Of a stretch of 64,000 bases of DNA, positions 50,885-60,271 are shown piece by piece. Both the position numbers and the translations under genes were made by a program. The number at the start of each line of letters is the position of its first letter. Position 1 is the stretch's first letter. The notes beneath the pieces are model-generated. The model made no database searches, was not told where the DNA came from, and was given only the letters and a program-made list of their open reading frames with translations. The DNA lies in assembly GCA_963725075.1 (NCBI GenBank), contig CAVRXA010000003.1:2485-66484 (forward strand). Direction: 5' to 3'. Origin of the DNA: an uncultured Acidobacteriota bacterium (GTDB taxonomy: Bacteria > Actinomycetota > Acidimicrobiia > Spongiisociales > ZC4RG35).

Positions 50885-51571
50885 CTACTCGAGAGTGTCG
50901 ACCCAGCGGACTCCCAAGCCCTCGAGTCGCTCTCTGAACCCGTAGAAGTCGACACCGAGCTCACCGGCCGCGAGACGTGCCCTGACTTCTGTCTCCCGCT
51001 CCAGACGGTTGCGGGCCGCTTCCAGGACCTCGACGGCGCGCTCTCGCTCCACCACGACCACCCCGTCGTCGTCGGCCACCACGACGTCGCCCGGGCCGAC
51101 GGTGACGCCCCCGCACACGATCGGCAGGTTCACCGATCCCGGGGTGGCTTTCACCGTCCCCGAGGCGTGGATGGCTCGTGACCAGACGGGGAGACCCATG
51201 CGCCGGAGATCTGACACGTCGCGAACCCCGGCATCGATGACCACGCCTGCACATCCTCTGGCCATCACCGAAGTGGCGAGCAACTCACCGAACATCCCGT
51301 TCGTCGAGGGCGCGGTCGTTGCCACGACGAGGATGTCTCCTGGCTCGATGACCTCGACTGCGGCGTGGATCATGATGTTGTCTCCCGGGGCGCAGGAGAC
51401 CGTCACTGCAGAGCCGGCAATGCGAGTCCCCTCCTGAATGGGTCTGATCCCCGGATCGAGGAGGGCGTTTGCACCTGCCTCGTGAACCGTGGCCACCCCG
51501 GCAGAGCCCAGCCCGGCCACGACGTCGGCGGCGACCCGGGGCACATTTCGCACCACGATTCCGTCTCGCAT
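50885..51571 (-). CDS. ligK: 4-carboxy-4-hydroxy-2-oxoadipate (HMG/CHA) aldolase
   Basis: GVATVHEA, PGDN.MIH.A, FGELLATS, DAGVRD, GTVKAT.GSVN, ADDDGV. Confidence 0.92.
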   Translation of the reverse strand: MRDGIVVRNVPRVAADVVAGLGSAGVATVHEAGANALLDPGIRPIQEGTRIAGSAVTVSCAPGDNIMIHAAVEVIEPGDILVVATTAPSTNGMFGELLATSVMARGCAGVVIDAGVRDVSDLRRMGLPVWSRAIHASGTVKATPGSVNLPIVCGGVTVGPGDVVVADDDGVVVVERERAVEVLEAARNRLERETEVRARLAAGELGVDFYGFRERLEGLGVRWVDTLE

Positions 51572-51572
51572 C

Positions 51573-52301
51573 TCAGGCCAGCTCCCTGGCTACCTGGGGG
51601 AACACACGTTGGTATGCCTCGGCCTTGGCTTCCGTCACCAGACCGAGGTTTGGGCCGGAGTTGCGCTGGGCCTGCACTCCGCGTCTGGTCGCGACGTCGG
51701 TGTAGTAGTCCCAGAGGTGCTCCTGACCCTCCATGCACCGCATCGCTTCGAGCTTCTGTTCCCACACCTCGGTTATGTCGAGCAGCACGTCGGGCATGAA
51801 GCCCGAGTACTCGGTCTGATGGGGCTCGAAGAGGAAAACCGGTGGAGCCCCGATCACGTCTGTGCCCGGGTCGTAACCCGCCGCCTGGGCGATGATACGG
51901 GCCTGGGTGGCGATCGAGTGTGCCGTCTCGTGATCGCGATTCCACGGGTCACGATCGTTGTGAGTGAGAACGACGGAGGGGCGGATCTCCCGATAGACCT
52001 TCACCAGGCGGTCGAGCAGCTCAGGTGTCTCGACCAAGGGATAGTCGTCTGCATCGAAGGCACGCAGGTCGGCTCCGAGTACCTTGGCCGCGGCGTCCGC
52101 CTCGGCATGCCGCGCCTCCTTGACCTGTGCGAGGTCCATGCCCTGACGCCAGTATCGAGCAGACTCCCCGCGCTCCCCGTAGGCGAGGCAGACGACGGTG
52201 ACGTCGTGGCCCCGGTTCGCGTAGAGGGCGATGGCACCACCGGCGCGCCACACGAAGTCCCCGACGTGCGCACTGATCACCAGAAGCGACTCCTGACTCA
52301 T
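51573..52301 (-). CDS. galB: 4-oxalomesaconate hydratase (PIG-L family, GalB)
   Basis: SAH..DFVWRAGG, GERGESA, DPWN.DH, FEPHQ.E, Q.HLW.YY. Confidence 0.9.
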   Translation of the reverse strand: MSQESLLVISAHVGDFVWRAGGAIALYANRGHDVTVVCLAYGERGESARYWRQGMDLAQVKEARHAEADAAAKVLGADLRAFDADDYPLVETPELLDRLVKVYREIRPSVVLTHNDRDPWNRDHETAHSIATQARIIAQAAGYDPGTDVIGAPPVFLFEPHQTEYSGFMPDVLLDITEVWEQKLEAMRCMEGQEHLWDYYTDVATRRGVQAQRNSGPNLGLVTEAKAEAYQRVFPQVARELA

Positions 52302-52361
52302 TCGGCCAACCCTATCTGCGACTCGCGACGGCTAACTTCGCTCCCGAGGCACCTTCGACCC

Positions 52362-53439
52362 ATGAGCTCCGACCCTCCCGGCATTCCTTGCATGTTGATG
52401 CGCGGCGGCACGTCGAAGGGAGCGTTCTTCCTGGCCGACGATCTCCCGCCCAGCGAAGCCGACCGCGACGCGTTGCTGTTGCGGATCATGGGCTCGCCTG
52501 ACCCGAGGCAGATCGATGGCGTCGGTGGTGCCCACCCGCTCACCACGAAGGTGGCCGTGGTTGGTCCTTCCGAGCGGGATGACATCGACATCGAATATCT
52601 CTTCCTCCAGGTCTCGGTAGACCGTCCCGAGGTCACCGACAAGCAGAACTGCGGGAACATGCTGGCTGCGGTCGGCCCTTTCGCCCTGGAACGGGGTTTG
52701 ATTGACGCTGTCCGATGGCCGGGCCCCGGTGCGGATCCTGATGAAGAACACCGGGGGAGTGGCGGTGGCCACATTCCCCGTGGTATCGGGTTCGCCTGTC
52801 TACGCGGGTGAGACGGAGATCGCCGGTGTGCCGGGTGGTGCGGCGGAGATCGTCATCGAGTTCGAGGACATCGCCGGGTCCAGCACAGGAGCCCTTCTCC
52901 CAACCGGCCGGTCGGTGGACGAGGTGGGCGGTGTGGAGGTCACTCTCATCGACAACGGGATGCCGGTAGTCGTGCTGAGGGCGTCAGATGTCGGCGTCGC
53001 CGGAGATGAGACCTGTGAGGAGTTGGAGGCCAATGCCGATCTCCGCCAGAAGCTCGAGGAGATCCGGCTGGCCGCCGGCCCGTTGATGAACCTCGGTGAT
53101 GTGAGCCAAACCACTGTGCCCAAGCTGACTCTGGTGTCCCCACCACGGGCGGGGGGCGCCATCTCCACCAGAACCTTCATCCCGCACCGCTGCCATCAGG
53201 CGATAGGTGTGCTCGGGGCGGTCAGCGTCGCCACCGCCTGCCGATTTCCAGGGTCGCCGGCCGCCCGGTCGGCCAGCCTCCGGGCTGGCTCCGACGTCAT
53301 TCGGATCGAGCATCCGACGGGGACCTTCGATGCCACCGTGCGACTCGACTCCGGGCCCGAGCCCAACGTCCTCGGCGCCGGGATCATCCGGACGGCCCGC
53401 AAGCTGATGGACGGGATGGTCTTCCCCAGGGCGTATTGA
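52362..53439 (+). CDS. galD: 4-oxalomesaconate tautomerase (PrpF family, GalD/LigU; frameshift ~52710)
   Basis: MRGGTSKG, GSPDPRQIDG.GG, QNCGN, IDNGMP, FIPHRCH, EHPTG, RTARKL. Confidence 0.92.
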
Positions 53440-53466
53440 CCGACAGGTCCCCTACAAACGTTTGCT
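53436..53466 (+). promoter_or_regulatory. Promoter region with LacI-type palindromic operator
   Basis: TTGACC at 53436; CTACAAACGTTTGCT at 53452-53466 (core palindrome CAAACGTTTG). Confidence 0.65.
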
Positions 53467-53527
53467 CAGGCCGGCAGCCGGCCTCAGTGGCTGATTAGGG
53501 TTCGCCACCGATCGAGGAGGAGCAAGC

Positions 53528-54841
53528 ATGAGGAAAAAACGCCCGAGTGTGCGATTTCTCGCCTTGGTAGCCGTACTGGCATTGATCGGAGCGGCGTGCG
53601 CCGGCGATGACGCCACCGACACGACGGCGGCTCCCGGAACCACGGCAGGAACGACAGAAGCCCCAGCTACCACCGAGGCTCCGGCCACCACGGAGGCTGC
53701 GCCGAGCACGACAGCAGCATCCGGCGAGGCGATCACGATCGGGATACTCACCGATCTGACCGGTTTCACACCCTGGGCGACCAATGCTCGCGACGGGATG
53801 ATGCTGGCCGCCGAGGAGATCAACGCCGCAGGCGGGGTCGACGGGCGGATGATCGAGCTCGTCGTGGAGGATTCGGCCAACGATGCCGATTTGGGCACGT
53901 CCGGTTACGAGCGGCTGGCCGAGCAGGGGGTGGTCGCCATCGGTGGCATCATCTCCAGCACGGTGGGAGGCACCATCAGCCCTCTGGCCGAAGAGCTGCA
54001 GATACCGACATTCCTGGTCAAGTCGGGCACAGAGGCCGCGCTCACCCCGGACAGCCGGTTCATGTTCCGCACCTGTCTCCCGGCGGCGCCGATGACGGCT
54101 CCGCCCGTAATCCAGTACGTCCAGGAGCAGGGTCTGACCAATGTCGGAGTCATCGTCGCCGATTACCCCTGGGGCCAGTCGTTTGCCGCGGCTGTAGGGC
54201 CCGCGTTGGATACCGCCGGCATCTCGTACGGCGAGATCCAGGTTGCTCCGGTGCCCCCGGATACCGATTTCACCCCGTTTGTTCGGAACATGGCCGACGC
54301 CGGCGCCGAGATGGTCATCGCAACAGGTCATCCGCCAGGGAGCGCGGCCATCGTCACGTTGTCGGCCGATCTCATCGGTGATGTGCCCGTGACCGGCTCC
54401 TGGATCCCACCAGATTTGGCGGTCGGAGGGCTCGCCGACCTGGCCATCGGCCGCTATGTCGACTTTGCCTGCGCCGACTACACCGGGGAGAGTTATGCCG
54501 CCCTGGCTCCGCGTTATCTCGAGTTCTCCGAAAACGTCTTCATGTCGGACGACGCGGTGGCCGGGTTCGGGATCGTCACCATGGTGGCCGACGCAGTCGC
54601 CAATGCCGGCGATGACCCGGTAGCAATCTCGGAGTACCTCCATGGCCAGACGTATGACGACCTGGAGGGATACGCCCATCCTGTGAGCTGGACCGAGTGG
54701 GGCGAGCTGGCGTCGTCGGCACCCGTCGTCAACACGATCAGCGAGGGGCCAGCCCCAGAAGGGTTGAACGAGGCCGGTGAATGGTGGGTCGAGAAGCTGA
54801 CCCAGGCCGAGACGCTGGAGCCGTACCAGCCAGGGTCCTGA
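53528..54841 (+). CDS. Liv-type ABC substrate-binding lipoprotein (probable aromatic acid binding)
   Basis: Lipobox GAAC, TTEAPA repeats, IGILTDLTG, EINAAGGVDGR. Confidence 0.85.
   Translation: MRKKRPSVRFLALVAVLALIGAACAGDDATDTTAAPGTTAGTTEAPATTEAPATTEAAPSTTAASGEAITIGILTDLTGFTPWATNARDGMMLAAEEINAAGGVDGRMIELVVEDSANDADLGTSGYERLAEQGVVAIGGIISSTVGGTISPLAEELQIPTFLVKSGTEAALTPDSRFMFRTCLPAAPMTAPPVIQYVQEQGLTNVGVIVADYPWGQSFAAAVGPALDTAGISYGEIQVAPVPPDTDFTPFVRNMADAGAEMVIATGHPPGSAAIVTLSADLIGDVPVTGSWIPPDLAVGGLADLAIGRYVDFACADYTGESYAALAPRYLEFSENVFMSDDAVAGFGIVTMVADAVANAGDDPVAISEYLHGQTYDDLEGYAHPVSWTEWGELASSAPVVNTISEGPAPEGLNEAGEWWVEKLTQAETLEPYQPGS
53610..53720 (+). repeat. 18-bp degenerate repeats encoding a TTEAPA linker
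   Basis: DTTAAPGTTAGTTEAPATTEAPATTEAAPSTTAA. Confidence 0.65.
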
Positions 54842-54848
54842 TCCTCAG

Positions 54849-55592
54849 GTGCCTCTTCTCGAGCTCGAGGAGGTCGGGAAGCACTTTGGCGGCCTACCGG
54901 CCGTCGACGGAGTGAACCTTGGGGTCGACAATGGCGAGATCCTCGCCATCGTCGGCCCCAATGGCGCCGGCAAGAGCACTTTGCTCAAGCTGATCGTTGG
55001 CCTGGAGCGCCCGACCAGCGGGGGCATCACCTTCGATGGTCGGCAGATATCCGGTCACCCGACTCACACCGTCTCCAGGCTGGGCATCGCCATGGTCCAG
55101 CAGACCCCCCGGGTCTTTCCCAGCATGAGCGTGCTCGAGAACGCCACCCTCGGCGCCGTCTTCGGGTCTGCAGCCGGCCACCGCCGTGAGAGCGAAGCAC
55201 TGGCCATCGGCGGGGAGATGCTGACCCTCGTCGGTCTGGGTGATCGCCAAGACGACCAAGTAGGCAACCTGAATCTGCACGAACGGCGCTTTCTCGAGCT
55301 GGCCCGAGCGCTGGCCGGCCAACCGAAGCTGATACTTCTCGACGAGGTGATGGCCGGGCTCAACGACGCCGAGTTGAGCGCCTCCATCGAGATGGTTCGG
55401 ACCATCCGTGAGCGCTTCGGGATCACGGTCGTTTGGGTGGAGCATGTGATGAAGGCAGTCATGCAGCTGGCGGAGCGGGTTGTGGTACTCGACTTCGGAC
55501 GGGTCCTGGCCGAGGGACCGGCCGAGGCGGTGATGCGTGACGAGGCGGTCGTGAACGCATACCTCGGTTCAGGCGGCCTCGACCATGCTTGA
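54849..55592 (+). CDS. Liv-type ABC ATP-binding protein (LivG-like)
   Basis: [27 protein letters not shown]. Confidence 0.92.
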   Translation: MPLLELEEVGKHFGGLPAVDGVNLGVDNGEILAIVGPNGAGKSTLLKLIVGLERPTSGGITFDGRQISGHPTHTVSRLGIAMVQQTPRVFPSMSVLENATLGAVFGSAAGHRRESEALAIGGEMLTLVGLGDRQDDQVGNLNLHERRFLELARALAGQPKLILLDEVMAGLNDAELSASIEMVRTIRERFGITVVWVEHVMKAVMQLAERVVVLDFGRVLAEGPAEAVMRDEAVVNAYLGSGGLDHA

Positions 55593-56283
55593 GGTGCGAG
55601 GCCTGACCGCCGGTTACCAGGGCGGCGACGTCATCAGGGACATCGGCTTCCACGTCGACGAGGGTGAGGCGGTGATGATCATCGGCTCCAACGGCGCCGG
55701 GAAGACCTCCCTGTTCCGCGCTGTGCTCGGCCTGCTTCGGCCATCCTCTGGCGACGTGGTCTTTCAGGGGGAAGGGATAACCGGGCTGCCTGCTCAGCGC
55801 ATCGCCCGCCTCGGCATCAGCTTCGTGCCCGCTGAGCGGCACCTCTTCCCCCGAATGACCGTCCAGGACAATCTCGCGCTGGGCGCCTACCCGAACCGCC
55901 CCGACCCCACGACCATGAAGGTGGTGCTCGAATTGTTCCCCCGCCTCGCCGAGCGGCGCCGCCAGCACGCCGGCACGATGAGCGGCGGCGAGCAGCAGAT
56001 GCTCGCGGTTGGGCGGGCACTGATGTCCCAGCCTCGTCTCCTCGTTCTGGACGAGCCCACGACGGGATTGGCCCCGAAGCTCGCCGCGGAGGCCTATCAG
56101 GCGCTCGGGATTCTCAAGGGGAGCGGTCTCACGGTCCTCGTCGCCGAACAGCAGGTCCCTCTGGCGATGGCGCTCAGCGATCGGGGATATGTGCTCGAGA
56201 ACGGGGTGATGAGCAAGGAAGGGACCTCGGCGGAGTTGGCCAACGACCCCGACGTGCGCCGGTCATACCTGGGGATCGTGTGA
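55585..56283 (+). CDS. Liv-type ABC ATP-binding protein (LivF-like)
   Basis: GSNGAGKT, LFPRL.ER, MSGGEQQML, LDEP..GLAP. Confidence 0.92.
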   Translation: MLEVRGLTAGYQGGDVIRDIGFHVDEGEAVMIIGSNGAGKTSLFRAVLGLLRPSSGDVVFQGEGITGLPAQRIARLGISFVPAERHLFPRMTVQDNLALGAYPNRPDPTTMKVVLELFPRLAERRRQHAGTMSGGEQQMLAVGRALMSQPRLLVLDEPTTGLAPKLAAEAYQALGILKGSGLTVLVAEQQVPLAMALSDRGYVLENGVMSKEGTSAELANDPDVRRSYLGIV

Positions 56284-57137
56284 TGGCCAACGTCCTCGAC
56301 GGCATCGTTCTCGGGCTCCAGTTCGGGCTGCTCGCCGCCGGGCTCACCCTGGTCTACGGGCTGGGGGGTGTGCTCAATCTGGCGTATGGCCAGATGGCGG
56401 TGCTCTCGGCGATGGCCGTCGTGCTTTCGATGGAGGCGGGCCTGGCCCCGATCCCGGCCGTGGCGGTCGGTCTGGTCGCCGGGGGTCTCCTGGGACTCTT
56501 GCTCGACCTCACCATCCTGCGACCTGTCTATCGGCTCCAGGGGGAGGCCAGGGTCTTGTTGAGCCTCCTCCTGACGCTGGGCATGGCGTTCGTGGTCGAC
56601 GGGTTCCTGACCTGGCGATACCCGACCAAGGCGCTCACTCTCCGTATCGGGGGTGGGCCGGTGGAGATACTCGGGGTGAAAATGGTGAGAGGTGGGGTGG
56701 TTGCCTCGGCGATCACGATTCTGGTCCTGGGAGGGCTGCTCCTCTTCTTCCGCAAGACCACGCTCGGTCGTGCGGTCAGATCCGTGATCGAGAACGAGGA
56801 AGGCTCGCGTCTGGTGGGTATCGATCCGCAGAGGATGCTCCGCCTCATCCTGGTCCTCACCGGCGTCCTGGCGGCGCTGGTGGCGGTGACGCGGTCGCTG
56901 GTGACACCGGTCTCTGTCACGGCAGGCTTCGAACTGACGGTCTCAGCCCTGATCGTCACCGTGGTGGGCGGGTTGGGGAGTGTCGGCGGCGCCATCCTGG
57001 CCGGGGTCATCCTGGGGATCATCAGCACCGTCGCTGCCTCTTCCATCGGGACCGTGCTCTCGCTGATCATCCTGCTGGTGGCGGCGGCAGTGACCATCCT
57101 CATCCGGCCTTCGGGTCTTCTCGGGGTCAAGGAATGA
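56280..57137 (+). CDS. Liv-type ABC permease (LivH-like)
   Basis: GLTLVYG..GVLNLAYG, LGRAVR, VVGGLGS, RPSGLLG. Confidence 0.9.
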   Translation: MMANVLDGIVLGLQFGLLAAGLTLVYGLGGVLNLAYGQMAVLSAMAVVLSMEAGLAPIPAVAVGLVAGGLLGLLLDLTILRPVYRLQGEARVLLSLLLTLGMAFVVDGFLTWRYPTKALTLRIGGGPVEILGVKMVRGGVVASAITILVLGGLLLFFRKTTLGRAVRSVIENEEGSRLVGIDPQRMLRLILVLTGVLAALVAVTRSLVTPVSVTAGFELTVSALIVTVVGGLGSVGGAILAGVILGIISTVAASSIGTVLSLIILLVAAAVTILIRPSGLLGVKE

Positions 57138-58145
57138 TCGAGGACTACACCGAGGGCACCGGGACCGCCGTCGTCGGTGGGACGGAGCAGCGAGCGGCGC
57201 GGTCGCTCGTGGCGCTGATTCTGGCCGATTGCGCTGGTCGGGGCGCTGCTCTCCCTGATCCCTCTCTGGCTTGGCGACTCCCGGGTGATGATGGGTGTGG
57301 CCATCCTCGGGCTGACCTTCGCCTGTTACGCCGTCGGCTTCAACCTGATCTTTGGCAGCACCGGGCAACTCTTCCTCTGCGTCGGGGCACTGGCCGGGAT
57401 CGGGGGCTATGGATCGGCCATCCTCGCCGACAGGGTGGGGTTGCCCCTCTTGCTCAGCATGCTCCTGGCGACGTTGGCATCGAGCCTGTTCGGGGGACTG
57501 CTCAGCTGGGTCGCGGTGCGCCGCTCCCTCGGCGTGATCTTCACGGGGATCATCACACTGATCTTCTCGCTGGTGTTCGGGAATCTCCTGCTCGGAGCCG
57601 CGGGTGTCACCGGGGGCGACGGCGGTTTTCACATCCAGACGGGAGCGGACACGTTCCTCCGGCAGACGATCCCGCCCTATTACCTGATGCTGGCTCTGGT
57701 TCTGATCTATCTGTTGATCCACGGCCTGTTGCGCCGATCTCATATCGGCTGGGCCTTCCGCGCCCTGCGTGACGACGAGGTCGCCGCCGAGCTGGCCGGG
57801 GTGGACGTGGCTCGATATCGGGTCTACGCCGCCCTGATCGGCGCTGCGATGTTGGGCTTGAGCGGGTCGCTCTTTGCGTTCACCGAGGGCACGATCAGCC
57901 CCACTACCTACGGATTTGCCCAGGTGGACGTGGAGACGATGGTGATGCTGGCCTTCGGTGGCATCGGGACCCTGTTCGGCCCCGTCCTGGGCGCGGCCGT
58001 CTTCACTGTCATCGGCGAGCTGATCCAAGATCTAGGCCAGCTCCGCTTGCTGGTATACGGGGCACTGATCATCGCTCTGTTCTTGTGGGTACCCCGTGGG
58101 ATCATCCCAACCCTCGGGGATCTGATACGAAGACGTAAGAGATGA
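57134..58145 (+). CDS. Liv-type ABC permease (LivM-like; frameshift ~57220)
   Basis: NLIFG.TGQ, TGGDGG, RALRDDE.AA, GGIGT..GP, PRGI. Confidence 0.88.
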
Positions 58146-58160
58146 ACCAGAAGGAGCCGG

Positions 58161-59123
58161 ATGCGGTCGAACCGTGACATCGCCCAGCTCGGATACGTCG
58201 AGCTGTTCACGCCGACCTTCGAGGAGAGCACTCGCTTCTTCACCGATGTTCTGTCCATGACACCCCTCGATACAGCCGGTGACAGTGTGTGCCTTCGCAC
58301 CTGGGACGACTACGAGCGGTTCAGCCTCAGGCTCACCGCCAGGGCGGAGGCGGGCATCGGGCGTGTCGGCGTCCGGGCGGTCGACGAGGAAGCTCTTCAC
58401 AGGCGGGTGGACGAGATAGAAGCCTCCGGTCTGGGGAGGGGCTGGGTCGAGGGCCAGCCGGGCCGGGGAGCTACGTATGCCTTCGTCGACCCGGACGGGC
58501 ACGACTGGGAGATCTACTTCGAGTCCGAGCGATACTCCGCTCCGGACACCGTGGTCCCCGCCCTCAAGAACCAAGCCCAGCGCCGGCCCAGCCATGGGAT
58601 CGGGGTGCGCCGTCTCGACCATGTCAACTTCCTGGCGGCTGATGTCGAGGCCAGCCGAGACTTCGTGGTGCCGGTCCTTGGCGCCCTTCCCACCGAACAG
58701 ATCCAACTCGACAGTGGGGCGATCGCAGCCATCTGGATGACCTTCTCCAACAAGGGCTACGACGTCGTCTACACCAACGATTGGTCCGGCACCCCGGGCC
58801 GCCTTCATCACGTCGCATTCGCGGTCGACCAGCGTGAGGACATCCTCCGGGGCGCTGACACCTTCCTCGAGCACGGTGTGTTCATCGAGACCGGCCCCCA
58901 CAAGCACTCCATCCAGCAGACGTTCTTCCTCTATGTGTGGGAGCCCGGTGGCAACCGGATCGAGATCGTCAATGCCGGGGCTCGTCTGGTGCTGGCCCCG
59001 GACTGGGAGCTGATCACCTGGACCGAGGCCGATCGGGCCAAGGGCCAGGCCTGGGGTTTGAAGACGATCGAGTCGTTTCACACCCACGGCACACCACCGG
59101 TCGCCGACCCCTCGGATCGATGA
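58161..59123 (+). CDS. Type I (VOC) extradiol ring-cleavage dioxygenase, catechol 2,3-dioxygenase family
   Basis: IAQLGYVEL, metal ligands LDHVN / LHHVAF / RIE, GPHKHSIQQTFFLYVWEPGGN. Confidence 0.9.
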   Translation: MRSNRDIAQLGYVELFTPTFEESTRFFTDVLSMTPLDTAGDSVCLRTWDDYERFSLRLTARAEAGIGRVGVRAVDEEALHRRVDEIEASGLGRGWVEGQPGRGATYAFVDPDGHDWEIYFESERYSAPDTVVPALKNQAQRRPSHGIGVRRLDHVNFLAADVEASRDFVVPVLGALPTEQIQLDSGAIAAIWMTFSNKGYDVVYTNDWSGTPGRLHHVAFAVDQREDILRGADTFLEHGVFIETGPHKHSIQQTFFLYVWEPGGNRIEIVNAGARLVLAPDWELITWTEADRAKGQAWGLKTIESFHTHGTPPVADPSDR

Positions 59124-60232
59124 CGGCCCGCTTCTTCGATTCCCGCGCCGCCTACCTCCTGTTCAGCACCGCGACCAACGAGAAGCCGGTCGTGGCCACG
59201 CGAATCGGAGCCGAGCTCGATCGAATCGCTCCGGGCAGCAAGGCGCTCCAGGTGCTCGATGCCGGCATGGGGGATGCCACGGTCCTGACCGAGCTGTTGC
59301 GCCGGCTGCACCGAGCTTTCCCCCACGTCCCTTGGCTGGTGGTGGGCAAGGAGATCAGCATCGAGGACGTGAGGATCTCACTCGACAAACTGGCCGATCG
59401 CTTTCTCGAGCACCCGGAGATGGTCTTCGTGGTCACCAACATGTCCTACCGGGAGGCCCCCCATCTGACACCACTTGGAGACGAGGCTGAGATGAGGTGG
59501 ACGACGGTGCCTCTCGAAGGCACGACGGCTTTCGACTTCTCCCGTCAGATCAGAGGTCTCTACGACGCGCTGGCAGACGACTGGGCGGTTCGGACCAGCC
59601 CCAAGACGGGGAATCCCGTTTACGTCCGTCCCTCGGTGCTGGTCCTCTATCGGAAGGACCGGGAATTCATCCTCGGCGATGTCATACCGAGAAGGGGCAC
59701 GGGTCCGGGACTGAGCTATCAGCTGGTCATCGCCTCGCAGCCCTATCGGGCTCGCACCAGCGTCGAGCAGAAGATGAGGACGGTCATAGTCCCCCTGGCG
59801 CGGGTGCTTGCCCCGGGTGGCCGGATGGTGGTGGTCCATTCCCATGGGAACGACCCTGGTCTGGAGATCGTCAGGGGAGTGTGGCCGGAGGAGGACCCAT
59901 TTCAGACCAACCGGCACGTCCTGGCCGAGGCGGCCCCGGATCATTTCACCGAGCCAGGTGACGAGGATCTCATCTTCGAGCCGGCGTCCGACGAGGAGGC
60001 CGTGTTTCGCTATCACCTGCACGCCATGTCCTCGGAGGTGCAGGAGCACATCGGCACCTCGTTGATCGTCGCCGCATGGAACGCAGCTACATACGTGGCC
60101 CAGATCGACGAAGAGCGGTTGTCGGAGGCGGTGGGCAGTGGTCGTTATGTGCCGGCTACCCGGGCGGTGATCCAGGAATACGAGGGGGTTTGGTTCAACG
60201 ACGAGGCCTTCGTGATATCCCGCACCGGGTGA
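59120..60232 (+). CDS. Uncharacterised protein with a SAM-dependent methyltransferase-like fold
   Basis: VLDAGMGDAT resembles SAM-binding motif I; KEIS.ED acidic motif; LAPGGR..VV; ATGA overlap with the dioxygenase. Confidence 0.6.
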   Translation: MTARFFDSRAAYLLFSTATNEKPVVATRIGAELDRIAPGSKALQVLDAGMGDATVLTELLRRLHRAFPHVPWLVVGKEISIEDVRISLDKLADRFLEHPEMVFVVTNMSYREAPHLTPLGDEAEMRWTTVPLEGTTAFDFSRQIRGLYDALADDWAVRTSPKTGNPVYVRPSVLVLYRKDREFILGDVIPRRGTGPGLSYQLVIASQPYRARTSVEQKMRTVIVPLARVLAPGGRMVVVHSHGNDPGLEIVRGVWPEEDPFQTNRHVLAEAAPDHFTEPGDEDLIFEPASDEEAVFRYHLHAMSSEVQEHIGTSLIVAAWNAATYVAQIDEERLSEAVGSGRYVPATRAVIQEYEGVWFNDEAFVISRTG

Positions 60233-60271
60233 GCCTCGGTAGCCTCGCCCGCGAGCAACCAAGGAGAAGAC

